Assembly (NCBI GenBank): GCA_030390025.1
Contig: CM059432.1
Location: 113,152,001 to 113,216,000 of the forward strand
Source of the DNA: Squalus acanthias
Taxonomy: Eukaryota
DNA length: 64,000 nucleotides
Direction: 5' to 3'
A model generated the notes under the pieces. That model was given only the letters and a program-made list of their open reading frames with translations. It made no database searches and was not told the DNA's origin. A program made the position numbers and the translations under genes. Positions within the stretch are counted from its first letter, which is position 1; each line of letters opens with the position of its first letter. Of the stretch, positions 1 to 11,654 are shown piece after piece.

Positions 1-11
1 GGAAGAAACCA

Positions 12-106
12 GATTAACATCAGTTGCGGGGGTGTTACTGGAATCTATCATCAGAGACAGTGACTGAGCATTTGGACAAGTATCAGCTGATCAAAGAGAA
101 TCAGTA
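12..106 (+). mobile_element. Degraded CR1 LINE RT fragment
   Basis: ttaacatcagttg...ctggaatctatcatcagagacagtgactgagcatttgg resembles the 'LTSVVGKLLESII..V..HL..I.ESQHGF' stretch of the other CR1 copies in the window. Confidence 0.55.
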
Positions 107-1597
107 CTTCCCTGTGGACAGAGCGAAGCAGGACAAGAGAGCACTAGACTTTTTTATCTCCAGGAGCTGCACTGGGTTATATTAACAGCCGGGTCCCATT
201 AACATCCTACCAGCCAGCTGCCAGCCGAAATGGGCATCCAGAGGCAGCTTGCCGGCTTTGGGCCTGTGAAGACCATAGGACCCCGACTTCATGAGGCAAC
301 TGCTGGAGTCAGTCGGACGCCTCGATCGTCCAAGAAAACAGCAACATTAGTATGGCTGTGGGCGGGGGCGGGGTTTGTGTGAAATGGCAGTAAGAGCACC
401 GCATTGACTCTGACTCCTGTTCTGACTGGTTTCCGGTGGGTGGAGGGAATTAAAATTTCCCCTAATGTTTCAGTTCACTCCACATCTAAGGCAGTTAACA
501 GTGAAGTGTGAGTTTGAGATTGTGGTTTATGAACTTCAAATGTAAATCATTGAGGATTGCGTTCGAAAGAAGTTTTACTGACACACAAGAGGAAGAAAGT
601 AATCGGAATGCGGTGTTGGAGCTCGTGTGACCAGCTGAGATTGCGGAATGAAGACTGAACGAGATGGAAAATGAGCCAAAGTTGACTGTTAGGTCATTAA
701 TTATTAAGCAATGGAAAGCAAAAGAAAAGGAGATAAAATCAAGGCCGGGAGTGTTGCTGCTGCTGTAATACATATCCAGACGAGGGTGAGTGTCCTGCAA
801 AATGAAAATTATGTTGATCATGTTGTAGAATTCGCAATATAATCGCGATTTTATAAATAAGGAGGAGACACATAGTTTCGTACAAACAGCTTTATTTCAG
901 CAGAATGCTGTCAGGTTTTCAAAGTGGACACAAACAGCCTGTAAAATGGCCGCCACGCCTCGTGGCAGAACGTTCTAGACTTTTCAATGAGCAGACAAGA
1001 TGGCGTTCCAATAAATATTTGTGCGATTTCGGACAAGACTCAGCACATTTGAGATAATTCACAAGACATAATGGGTTTGCATTTTACACATAAATACTGG
1101 AATCGGTCTCCCAGGTGCGAATAAGGGCTATTGTACCGAGCGATCAAGAACCCATCCAAAGACATTAATATGCAAAATCCCCATGACTCTACGATGAGAG
1201 AGCCGTTTGCGGGTAGTTACAGAAACATTTGGAAGCCCCAAAAGCCCTCCAGGGAGAATACTGACCGGTTACACAATGGGAGAAGTATTAACGGGTACTC
1301 AGGCAGTTACAAGTATCACCGAAACCCATTAAACGGAGATCACTCTATACAAGGAGTTTGGGCGCCAAAACCCTGACAAAAGAAAAGACATTAAGATTGG
1401 GCGGGAAAAGAGGAATTACAGCACTATAACTGTAAGGTACAACCGTCCATCTGTCTCTTGCCGCTTGCTCTTGACTCTTGACTCTTGCATCTGCCTCCGT
1501 GGCTTGCCGCGAAGATCTGTGTGGAACTGGGCTGTGAAGCCTTGAAAACGGGCACACCATCCCGAGAGGTCGGTACACGGTGTTGGAACCGAAGGCC

Positions 1598-1626
1598 CGA
1601 GATGAGATGAGATGAGATGAGATGAG
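1598..1626 (+). repeat. (GAGAT)n microsatellite inside the LTR
   Basis: gagatgagatgagatgagatgagatgaga seen directly. Confidence 0.9.
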
Positions 1627-1707
1627 AAGAGAAGAAGACGACCATACGTATCGCCACGGTCAGTAAGCCCCGACCGCGCCTGTAGGTCGAATAAACACTT
1701 TCCTTGC

Positions 1708-1815
1708 CCAGGAAGACTATTCTTTGAGTTTTACAAACTGGTGAGGGCACAGGAAGACCATTCTTCGAGTTTTATCGCATCGGGGCGAGGGCACAGGAAG
1801 ACTATTTTTCGAGTC
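1708..1815 (+). repeat. Three imperfect tandem copies of a ~43-bp unit inside the LTR
   Basis: caggaagac(t/c)att(c/t)tt(t/c)gagt recurs at ~1709, ~1750 and ~1794. Confidence 0.8.
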
Positions 1816-2444
1816 GTGTCGGAACTCCGAGGACAACACAGATCTTCATGACAGCAGATGGTCCAGCCTGCTAGCCGGAGCAGAAACGAGTAAACAAGTG
1901 GGGTACAGAGACCCCTGATCAACACGTGGGTGGTCAGGTGCTGCAGGAAAAATATCTGAGCAGAGTTTCAGAATTCTCCGAGTTATCACGAGTGGTGAGC
2001 ATGAGTCTCGATCCTACAAATCTAGTTTAGGTCAGGTATTGATAGGGGAGGGTTTAAGTTTTAAGGATAATTGTAATGTGTGCCCCCTTTTTCGATGTGT
2101 CGTGCGCTCCTCGTTTCCCTAAAATTAGCTACATAACTGTGTGTAAGATTGTACTGTCATTAATCTGTGCTTATGACATGTATTTCGTAATCTTGAATAA
2201 TATGCAATAAAGATTTTCCTTTTCGCACTATTCAACCGGGTCTACCTGAGTTTTCTCTGCATTATTGCTCTCGCATCTAAGTCCAGTGTCAGAACCGTAA
2301 GGGCGAGTGGGTCGAACCACTCACAGGTGTCTACTGCTACCAGGCTGGCTGGAGACCAGAACAGGCAACGAGGCCTAACCTCGCACTAGCACCCAGGCTA
2401 CGCACAGAGCCTCAGGCGTGTCACTCCCTTACAATGTGGGAATG

Positions 2445-3838
2445 TTAGCTTGACATCAGTAGTAGGGAAAATGCTAGAATCTATTATTAAGGACGTGGTA
2501 ACAGGGCACTTAGAAAATAATAATAGGATTGGGCAGAGTCAACACGGATTTATGAAAGGGAAATCATGTTTGACAAATCTGTTAGAGTTTTTTGAGGTTG
2601 TAACCAGCAGAATAGATAAGGGGGAACCAGTCGATGTGGTGTATTTGGATTTTCAGAAGGCATTCAATAAGGTGCCACACAAGAGATTATTAAACAAAAT
2701 GAGGGCTCATGGGAATGGGGGTAATATACTAGCATGGATTGAAGATTGGTTAACGGACAGGAAACAGAAAGTGGGAATAAGCGGGTCATTTTCGGGTTGG
2801 CAGGCTGTAACTAATGGGGTACCGCAAGGATCAGTGCTTGGGCCTCAGCTATTCACAATCTATATCAATGATTTGGATGAGGGGACCAAATGTAATATAT
2901 CCAAGTTAGCTGATGATACAAAGCTGGGTGGGAATGTAAGTTACGAGGAGGATGCAAGGAGGCTTCAAGGGGATATAGACAGACTAAGTGAATGGGCAAG
3001 AGCATGGCAAATGGAATATAATGTGGAGAAATGTGAAGTTATCCACGTTGGTAGGAAAAATAGAAAAGCAGAGTATTTTTTAAATGGTGAGAGATTGGGA
3101 AATGTTGGGGTTCAGAGGGACCTGGGTATCCTTGTACACAAATCATTGAAAGTTAACATGCAGGCACAGCAAGCAATTAGGAAAGCAAATGGTATGTTGA
3201 CCAATATTACAAGAGGATTTGAGTATAAGAGTAAAGACAGCTTACTGCAATTATATAGGGCCCTGGTGAGACCACACATGGAGTATTGTGTACAGTTTCG
3301 GTCTCCTTACCTAAGGAAGGATATACTTGCCATAGCAGGACTGCAACGAAGGTTCACCAGACTGATTCCTGGGATGGGGGGATTGTCCTATGATGAGAGA
3401 TTGTGTAGACTAGGCCTATATTCTCTAGAGTTTAGAAGAATGAGAGGTGATCTCATTGAAACATACAAAATTCTTACAGGGCTTGACAGGGTAGATGCAG
3501 GGAGGATGTTTCCCCTGGCTGGGGAGTCTAGAACCAGGGGTCACAGTCTCAGAATAAGGGGTCAGCCATTTAGGACTGAGATGAGGAGAAATTTCTTCAC
3601 TCAGAGGGTGGTGAATCTTTGGAATTCTCTACCCCAGAGGGCTATGGAGGCTCAGTCGTTGAGTATATTCAAGACAGAGATCGATAGATTTTTGGATATT
3701 AAGGGAATCAAGGGATATGGGGGTCGGGCAGGAAAGTGGAGATGAGGTAGAAGATCAGCCATGATCTTATTGAATGGTGGAGCAGGCTCGAGGGGCCGAA
3801 TGGCCTACTCCTGCTTCTATTTCTTATTTTCTTATGTT
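2445..3838 (+). mobile_element. 5'-truncated CR1 LINE (RT to 3' tail)
   Basis: ORF 2450-3745 has [32 protein letters not shown] and (L)ADD; CR1 3' stem-loop (ggctcgaggggccgaatggcc) and ttcttatg tail. Confidence 0.95.
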
Positions 3839-4429
3839 GCTGGCAAAGAAAAAAGTATGATAAAGAACCAAAGAGCTGAGGTGAAATTACAATGGCAGAG
3901 CAGTGAACAAAAGGGCAAAACTCACCTGATCAGGAAAGAAGAAGTTGAATTTATATAGTGCTTTTCACATGCTACGGATGTCAAGCGCTTCACAGTCAAT
4001 GTTGTCATGTGGGCAAATCAGAAACATTTACAGGACATAACCTTGCAGTTCAGAAGAGGAGAAATATCTGTTTTTATGGAAGAAATGATGTGACAACTGT
4101 GTGACAGATTAAATGTGTGCCAGTGAAAGCAGAGGTTCATTCTGGGCACCCAAGAAACATTATTAATGATCACAACTTCAAGCAAAGTGAGTGGACTGCT
4201 GGTTCAAAGCTATGGCTACAGAAAAACTCTGTGAAGCTGTTTCCATATGATTCTGACAGAATTCTGTCAGGGCTCCCTTCACAGGAAGTATAAAAGCAGA
4301 AAGGAGAGTCCCAATTTGTGAAGTATATGTTCTAAAGGACAGTGCCAGGCCTCTTCTAAACCTATTGCTGGCACAAGATTTGAAGTTGCTGAGATGGAGT
4401 AAATAAAGTGATAGGAAACAGCATTATTG

Positions 4430-5292
4430 ATGACAAATGGGAAACTGTTCAACCTCCGTCGCCTCCAGTCCAGATCCAAGGTTGTCCCATCCTCTGTCAT
4501 CGAATTACAGTATGCAGACGATGCTTGTGTCTGCGCACACACTGAGGTCGAACTCCAAACCATCGTCAACACCTTCACCGAAGCGTACGAGAGCATGGGC
4601 CTTACACTAAACATCCGTAAGACAAAGGTCCTCTACCAACCTGCCCCCGCCACACAGTACTATTCCCTGATTATCAAAATCCATGACGAGGCCTTGGACA
4701 ACGTGGACCACTTTCCATACCTTGGGAGCCTACTGTTAATAAGGGCAGACGTCAATGACGAAGTCCAACACCGCCTTCAGTGCGCCAGTGCAGCCTTCGG
4801 TCACCTGGGGAAGAGAGTGTTTGAAGACCAGGACCTCAAACCCAGCACCAAGCTCATGGTCTACAGAGCAGTAGTGATACCTGCCCTCCTGTATGCCTCA
4901 GAGACATGGACCATGTACAGCAGGCACCTCAAAGCACTAGAGAGGTACCACCAATGCTGCCTCCGCAAGATCCTGCAAATCTATTGGCAGGATAGGCGCA
5001 CCAACGTTAGTGTTCTCGCTCAGGCCAACATCCCCAGCATCGAAGCTTTGACCACGCTCGATCAGCTCCGATGGACAGGCCACATCGTCCGCATGCCCGA
5101 TACGAGACTCCCAAAACAAGCGCTCTACTCGGAGCTCCGACACAGCAAGAGAGCCCCAGGTGGGCAGAGGAAACGCTTCAAGGACACCTTCAAAGCCTCC
5201 TTGAAAAAGTGTAACATCCCCACCGACACCTGGGAATCCCTGGCCCAAGACCGCACAAAGTGGAGGAGAAGCATCCGGGAAGGCGCCGGGAA
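4430..5292 (+). mobile_element. RTE-clade LINE fragment (C-terminal RT region), open frame
   Basis: ORF 4427-5335: GKLFNLRRLQSRSKV, ELQYADD, F.YLGS, LYASETWT, QLRWTGHIVRM.D.RLPKQ.LYSEL, R.PGGQRKRFKD, all typical of RTE/BovB-like ORFs. Confidence 0.9.
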
Positions 5293-7369
5293 CCCTGCCT
5301 GTGTACAGCTTCACCCATTCTTTTGTAAGATTTAATTTAAGTGAAATATGTGTCACAGCATGCACACATCTGGTTACTGGCTCACTGACTGTCGAGGTTT
5401 AAATACAGAATGCAGCATGATGGGGTTGAATAACAATTAAAATCCATAACATTATTACCCAAAAGCGATTGGTATTTACTTATTATGGTCAATGCAGAGC
5501 CTCTTTGATGGCAAGCCATACAACAATGTTATGAGTTTGTGCAAACACCAGTGTCACTTTTAATTCAAATAGTTACGATCGCTATGATAATGAAACCACT
5601 CAGCTCAATCTCCTTTCACAAAGGGTGTCAATGAAACAATCAGCAGAAACCGAAATTTCACCGTGTGTACCGCAGTCAACAGTAAAATAAAATCAATAAA
5701 CTAACACAGACAAGAATGCTTCATTTTTGTCACAGAATTCTTTATGTGTGAACCTACAAGGTGAGTTTTTGCAAGCAATTTGCCCGATAAGGGCATGACT
5801 GTTTAGCCGAATACTGCTCTTACCTGAAGACCATGAGCATTTCCAAGCAGGAGTCACTGGATAGTGACAATGAGCTGGAACCCTTGGCCAGGGACACTGA
5901 GCCCACTGTAAGTACCAGTGACTTGCTATTTAATATCGATCTTCACCATTACCTTCCCTGCCACCTACAGAAACATGTACACTCACAAGCCACTAGAGAT
6001 GGTTCTTACACTAGAAATCCATGTATGCAAACGTATTTTATTTCTGACACCTGAATAGTCCGTGTGCGCCCAGATATCGAACGGGTTTCATTTTCATCCA
6101 CCAGACCAAAACGTAAGGGAACCACAACCCAAATTTTACATTCAGAGCACGAGTGAGAACTCTTAAGACAACCCCTTCTGTTAAGCTGAAAATTGATTCA
6201 TATCTACATGAACCAGCATTTATCAAACTGAGCTTTCAGTTATGAAGTTGATCCAAAAACTAACAGCTGAGACCATCACTGATGTCAGAATGGGCATATT
6301 GTCCTTTCAGTATTTGTAACAAGGGAGCTAGTGTCACCATGAAGACAAAATTATAGGATTTGTAACGTCACTCAGTACAGCATGAAGATGATCCATTTTA
6401 GACTAACATATTGGAGTCCATGGATGAGTCTGTTTTAAAAGAGATGGTATTGGTTTAATAGGGTTTAACTATCAGAAAATCAAAAGCACAGACCATTTTC
6501 TTTTATATACCTCAACCTTCTCATAAACTTGAATATGCCTGATATAACTTTAATTAAAAACCTGACAGCACCAGCGGAAAAAGGCGACCATCTTTCTAAT
6601 GGGTCTATAAACTAAATGTTACATGAAATTACTTTGCTTAAAAGACTGGTATGTGTGAAAAGCTAGAGCTGTGTAGTTTCCATTTTAATAGCTTTAAACT
6701 GCAGCTTAGGTAGATGAACAAGATCAGATATTGACCCTAACATTATACCATTATGTGACAGCTCCCCTCAATGATCCCCACCTGCCACAGTTGCAGAATC
6801 TTTTATATAAACAGATGAATTCCACATGAAAAATAAACAGATTCCATCCATACATGCTTCCACCTCATATTAACCCCAATTTCTTTGTGTAAAGTTCAGG
6901 TTCCATCTCAGGTGGGCCCTCAATACTGGATTGTATATAGTCAGATTAGACTTTTATACCATGTACAATAAGTGTAATTTCTTTTTTTACATATTATCTG
7001 GCATAAGTTAGATGAAGTTCAAAAAGGTTTCAGTGGCAGGAGAGCCGTGACCTTTGTGGTGCTAATTTTGCTGGATGTGGGAGTTCTTGGATGATTTAAG
7101 CATCCAGGATAAACATAGTTACAAAGAACTGCCTCCAGCTATATTCACTCAAGCTTGAGGAACACCGGGAGTTACTCTGTCACAGGAATTTCTGGAACAC
7201 ATCATCCAAGGCAGACAGGGTGATGGAGGGTAAGGATTAGGAGCACTTGACCATCTATAGAGGTGGGAAATAGAGTGCAGAGGAAGTACAGTGGTCTCCT
7301 GAGGGCACTGACTTGGCAGATGTGTGTTCAATGATGATTTGATGTTCCAAGGATTATAACTCAGGGGAG

Positions 7370-7508
7370 AGCAGCTGGAAATACTCAGCAGGACAGGCAG
7401 CATCCATGGAGAGAGAGAAACAGAGTTCACGTCTCAGGTCGTGATGCTGCCTGACCTGCAGAGTATTTCCAGCATTTTCTGCTTTTATTTCAGATTTACA
7501 GCATCCGC
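7370..7508. mobile_element. Penelope pLTR-derived inverted-repeat fragment
   Basis: ctcagcaggacaggcagcatccatggagagagag...caggtc matches the Penelope end at 50819-50875; followed by the inverted copy gatgctgcctgacctgcagagtatttccagc. Confidence 0.7.
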
Positions 7509-8006
7509 AGAGGGAGGAGGAAGACGCAGAAGAGGAGGAAGACGCAGAAGAGGAGGAAGCAGAAGGAAGGATGCAATCCAGACAGCCCCTTTCTGGTCGG
7601 GATATACGGGATGGAATCATCCGCCTGCGGTATCAGTGACCACAACCCCAATTCCCCTTTCAACATTTGTCCCACAACTTACCTTCCCTCTGTTACTGAC
7701 CATCACAGCGTCCTCTTGGTCACAATACTGAATAAAAGCCACCACAAAGCAAACTTTCCAATCCAACTTTATACATCTATCCATCCACTATGACATCAAG
7801 AAATCGACTAATCACCCTTGTGCATTCCCTTGCATGTGCCTTTGCCTATCCTACTGATGTCACACAGTGCTACCCCAGTGGTTGCAGCATGGCTGGTGGA
7901 AGGCTGCTGACTTTCAGTGGGGGACATGGCAAATGGCCTTGCGGGACGACCTGGAGGAGCTGGTAGTTGCGAGAGTGAAATCGAGTGATGGTGTTGCTTC
8001 TTGTAC

Positions 8007-9456
8007 TGAAGGGATAATTACAAGTCCTAGCCCTTTCGGACTACCCCAGATCAGGCATATTCCCCACACGTTCACCTTCAACTAAAGTTAGCGGTAGCCG
8101 AATCCTAGAGATACTTAATTGGGTCTAAAGGTTCAGACTATCTCTCCCTAAAGGAAAGGAATGGCCTGAAGATGTTACCGTCCTCCGGATAGCACTTTCA
8201 ACAAGTTTAACTAGACTGTAACCTTCCGGATATTATAAGGGTCCGGAAAACCCCCCAGAATTCTGCAACTCCTCACAGAAGAGTGTACAGAAATTGAGTT
8301 CGCGAGTTGATACAGAAATACTCTGTGAGATAATTTTAAAAATATATAGATTTATTAAAGAACCGACATTTAGTTAACAGCTGGTATGGCAATCGCAACT
8401 TTAACCGTTCAAAATACAAATAGCTTACATTTCTTATCAGAGATCCTTATTCTCAAATCTTAACTTCGTTACATTTCTACACTTCTAATTATTTCTTAAT
8501 CCAGAATATCCACCAAAATCAAATACCTTGATTACCCGAGACTCAAGGAGTTGTAGGCCTAAAGAGTGGTTCTGAAGGCGAGAATCGCTTGCCTTTCCAG
8601 CGACTTCTGACTCTCTATCTGGAAAGCTCTATTTTTATACCTTTTTTTAGTGGTTTATTCTTTGAAGTTTTCTGCTGATGTAAGCTAATTATCTCTAGTG
8701 ATTCTTTACTGAATTCTTTTCTATTCTTACTGTCATTTCAGCTGCCAACTCTTAGAATCCTGTCTGCTGTGTAGGTGTTTCAAAAACTTATCATATCCTG
8801 GTTATTACAGATTTATCTCTTTGATGCCATTCTTTCGAAGGTCTTTCATTTCAATTCTTGATATCACCTTAACTGCTTGTTAGCAGACGTCGTGTCTCCT
8901 AACTATTGCATTTTCAATACAAACACAATATTATGTGATTGCTTGGTGTCATCTATTGATATTATATCTTCAAAGTGTTCTGTTTGTACCTTTTACAATT
9001 TGTAAATCAAAAACACTTCATCCAGGGTGTTTGTTTTCCTAGCCATCATAGTTGGTTATATATATATTCATGTTTCCTGTTTCATTTGATGTTACTTTTA
9101 CAAAGGCACATGGTTTTTTTAATGTTCTGTGCACCTGTTCGACGTGTTAGATTTTAACACTTTACTTGGGCATTGTCATTGTTTTGGTTCCAAACTATAG
9201 ACATTCTGGAAGCACCAATGGTTTGCTTCAATAGGGGCTTTGTCTCAGTATTTACAACCAATTCCCATTTCAAAAGCTTGTGGTGTTTACAACTTTTGTG
9301 TTATCAACTGATCTTATCTCAAAAGCCTGTGTTCTGTTTGCAGCCTGTGTCGTTGAGGCTTTTAGATTTTTAAACCCAGTATGTCATGTATTAATAATAT
9401 CAGAAATCTGTTCATAGGATGGTGTATTTTTCTGAAATATGGCTTATTCCTTCACA
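8007..9456 (-). mobile_element. Solo LTR, 1450 bp
   Basis: TG...CA ends with an imperfect terminal inverted repeat (tgaagggataa / ttattccttca); 4-bp TSD GTAC at 8003-8006 and 9457-9460; empty site visible in the paralogous copy at ~53540-53560; minus-strand TATAAAAA at 8632-8639 and AATAAA at 8351-8356. Confidence 0.85.
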
Positions 9457-9650
9457 GTACTTCACTCTCCTCTCCCTCTTCTTGGTCTACCACTGGCTGG
9501 GCAGGCTGCATTTCTTGTGCGTCTCAAATGAGGAAAGCACAAGGGTAGGGTTATGGTGAGGGGAGGGTGGGAAAACAAGAGCCGCATGCTTACATCATGC
9601 ACATCTTGTAAATCAGAAGATATTGTGGGATATGGGGAAGTGGCATGTGA

Positions 9651-10117
9651 GAAAGAAAGACTTGCATTTATATAGCACCTTTCACGACCACCTGACGTCT
9701 CAAAGTGCTTTACAGCCAATGAAGTACTTTTAAAGTGTAGTCACTGTTGTAATGTAGGAAACGGGGTAGCCAATTTGCGCACAGCAAGCTCCCACAAATA
9801 GCAATGTGATAATGACCAGATAATCTGTTTTTGTGATGTTGATTGAGGGATAAATATTGGCCAGGACACCAGGGATAACTCCCCTGCTCTTCTTCTAAAT
9901 AGTGCCACGGGATCTGTTACATCCACCTGAGAGAGCAGACGGGGCCTCGGTTTAGTGTCTCATCCGAAAGACAGCACCTCCAACAGTGCAGCACTCCCTC
10001 AGCATTGCACTGGAATGTCAGCCTAGATTTATGTGCTCAAGTCCCTGTGAGAGGACTTGAATCCATAACCTTCTGACTCAGAGGAGAGTGTGCTGACAAC
10101 TGAGCCACAGCTGACAC
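9651..10117 (-). mobile_element. Full-length tRNA-derived Deu-domain SINE (SacSINE1-like)
   Basis: Minus strand starts gtgtcagctgtggctcagttg (A box), B box ggattcaagtcc, central gagtgctgcactgttggaggtgctgtctttcggatgag, tail tataaatgcaagtctttctttc. Confidence 0.85.
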
Positions 10118-11074
10118 AGTCAGAAGGAGGATAACGTACGAGAATACCAGCATCTTGTATCCTTTCAGCCCTGCCGCTGACCTAGGGTTCAGCTATGCCC
10201 CTGCCAAGAATGGCCAGCACCGTCTCCTCCAAGGGGGTGAGGTGAAGCTAGGAATGGGAGGTGCACCCAGTGTTTGGTAGAGATTGTTGGTAGGTGAATG
10301 ATTGGCGGGGGGGGGTGGTTGTGCAATGAGCGGTGTGTGACGCTTGTGGTGCAATTGGTAGGAGATGGCTTTTGATGATGCATTCACTGACTTTGACCAC
10401 TGGTCTGGGTTCATGAAGCTTCTTTGGGCACTGGAGCCAGGTGGTGGGGGTGACACTGCTGGCAGTGACGGCCTCGGTGATCTGGTCCCACATTGTTCTT
10501 TCTGGAGGGCCTCCCGGCTCCTGTGGGTAGAGGACCTCTCTTGCAGTGTTGACCCCCTGCACAAAGCTGGAGTGCTGCGTGTGAGACCCTGGGTGCCCCT
10601 TCCCTGGCTTATTGAGCCATTTGTGTTATTGCTGAAGCACTTTTACCATTTTTTACGTGCGCAAGGCAGTTCAGCTTTAAGAGCTGAAGACCCCCGTTTC
10701 GGAATTATTTTTAATGTTTATTTATTTTCAAAGGCAGTTGAGCTCTAAGGGTTAAAGACTGCCTATTTTTACATGATTTTTATTTTTTTTCATTTTAGAA
10801 GGCAGTTCCCCTTTAAGACTGCTTTTTAAAATGACAGCCTTGCTTTAAGAGAACGCTGTCTCGCTCCAGGGATGCTACAGCCACGCTACATTGGGCCTCC
10901 TGCTGCGGCTACTGCCTGAAACAACGCATTGCATGGTAGGTTTAGCGCTGTGCTAATTTAAATCAACAGGTAGCACCAAAATGCCAGTGCTGCCTGTGCT
11001 CTTTTTGCGGGCAGCCGTTAAACTCAACCCACAGTGGCACCGCCCATTTCCCGGCCTAATTGAATTTCAGGGCC

Positions 11075-11191
11075 TTCCTGGCATTTCCCAAAACTGAATG
11101 CAATACTCAGATGGGGTCTGGCTAAGGCTGTGCACAACTGAAGCATCACTTCTGCACTTTTGTATTCCAGTCCCCTTGAGATAAAGATCAA
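11075..11191 (-). mobile_element. Old CR1 fragment, 3' part, split by the Harbinger insertion
   Basis: Continues directly at 15309 (aaagatcaa | caacattc). Confidence 0.7.
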
Positions 11192-11654
11192 GAAAGTGGG
11201 TGCCTTTGGCCTCCCATTAGCTCCTCCAGGGGCGCCAACGGGGTGCTACCGGCTTTACGGCCAGTAACGCGAGTACCGATGGTCACGAGATTGAGCTGGA
11301 GGTTTGTGGCGGCGGTAACCACTAGCGCCACGATCGCCTGCACCTGGAGATCATGATGTCATCTGGGTGTGCAGCGCCCCGGCTCAGAAATTCACTCTTG
11401 CCCCCTGCCTGAGCGCCTGCCGTTAGCAACAACAGGTAGAGGAGGTAGAATGCAGTCGGATGAGTGCTGGAGGAGCGCCAGATAAAGGGGTCAACTTCCG
11501 GGGTTTTTTTATCGGCAAACCATGCTGCCTTGTCAGTTTGACACAAGCAGACAGGCGTTTTGACCCATTTGACCGTTTAACTTGAAGGAGTATTCTGGCT
11601 GAGAAAAATTTATCACTTTCATTTGGGTTACATTTGATAGTGCAACATCATTTA

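Larger units (their letters stand above)
824..2433 (+). mobile_element. Solo LTR, 1610 bp (ERV or LTR retrotransposon)
   Basis: Starts TGTAG and ends TTACA (TG...CA); perfect 4-bp TSD ATGT at 820-823 and 2434-2437; AATAAA at 2206-2211; no gag/pol sequence. Confidence 0.75.
7509..11074. mobile_element. Non-autonomous Harbinger derivative (left arm missing), interrupted by a solo LTR and a SINE
   Basis: Colinear with 48440-48846 plus 53467-54619; carries a Myb/SANT remnant on minus (PTTWLQCPKKLH); ends with TIR-like gaatttcagggcc. Confidence 0.75.

Noticed and set aside
495..821. 108-aa minus ORF
   Set aside because: No recognisable domain; possibly a very old LINE remnant, not supportable
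1708..1815. CRISPR-like repeat/spacer pattern
   Set aside because: Only three degenerate tandem units in a eukaryotic LTR; no unique spacers and no cas genes
1131..1925. Short ORFs inside the first LTR as viral accessory genes
   Set aside because: No motifs, non-ATG starts, one runs through a microsatellite; the U3 start of the second LTR is also closed in all three minus frames
5824..5964. Minus-strand exon bounded by ctgtag and gtaag
   Set aside because: All three frames contain stops within the first ~40 nt
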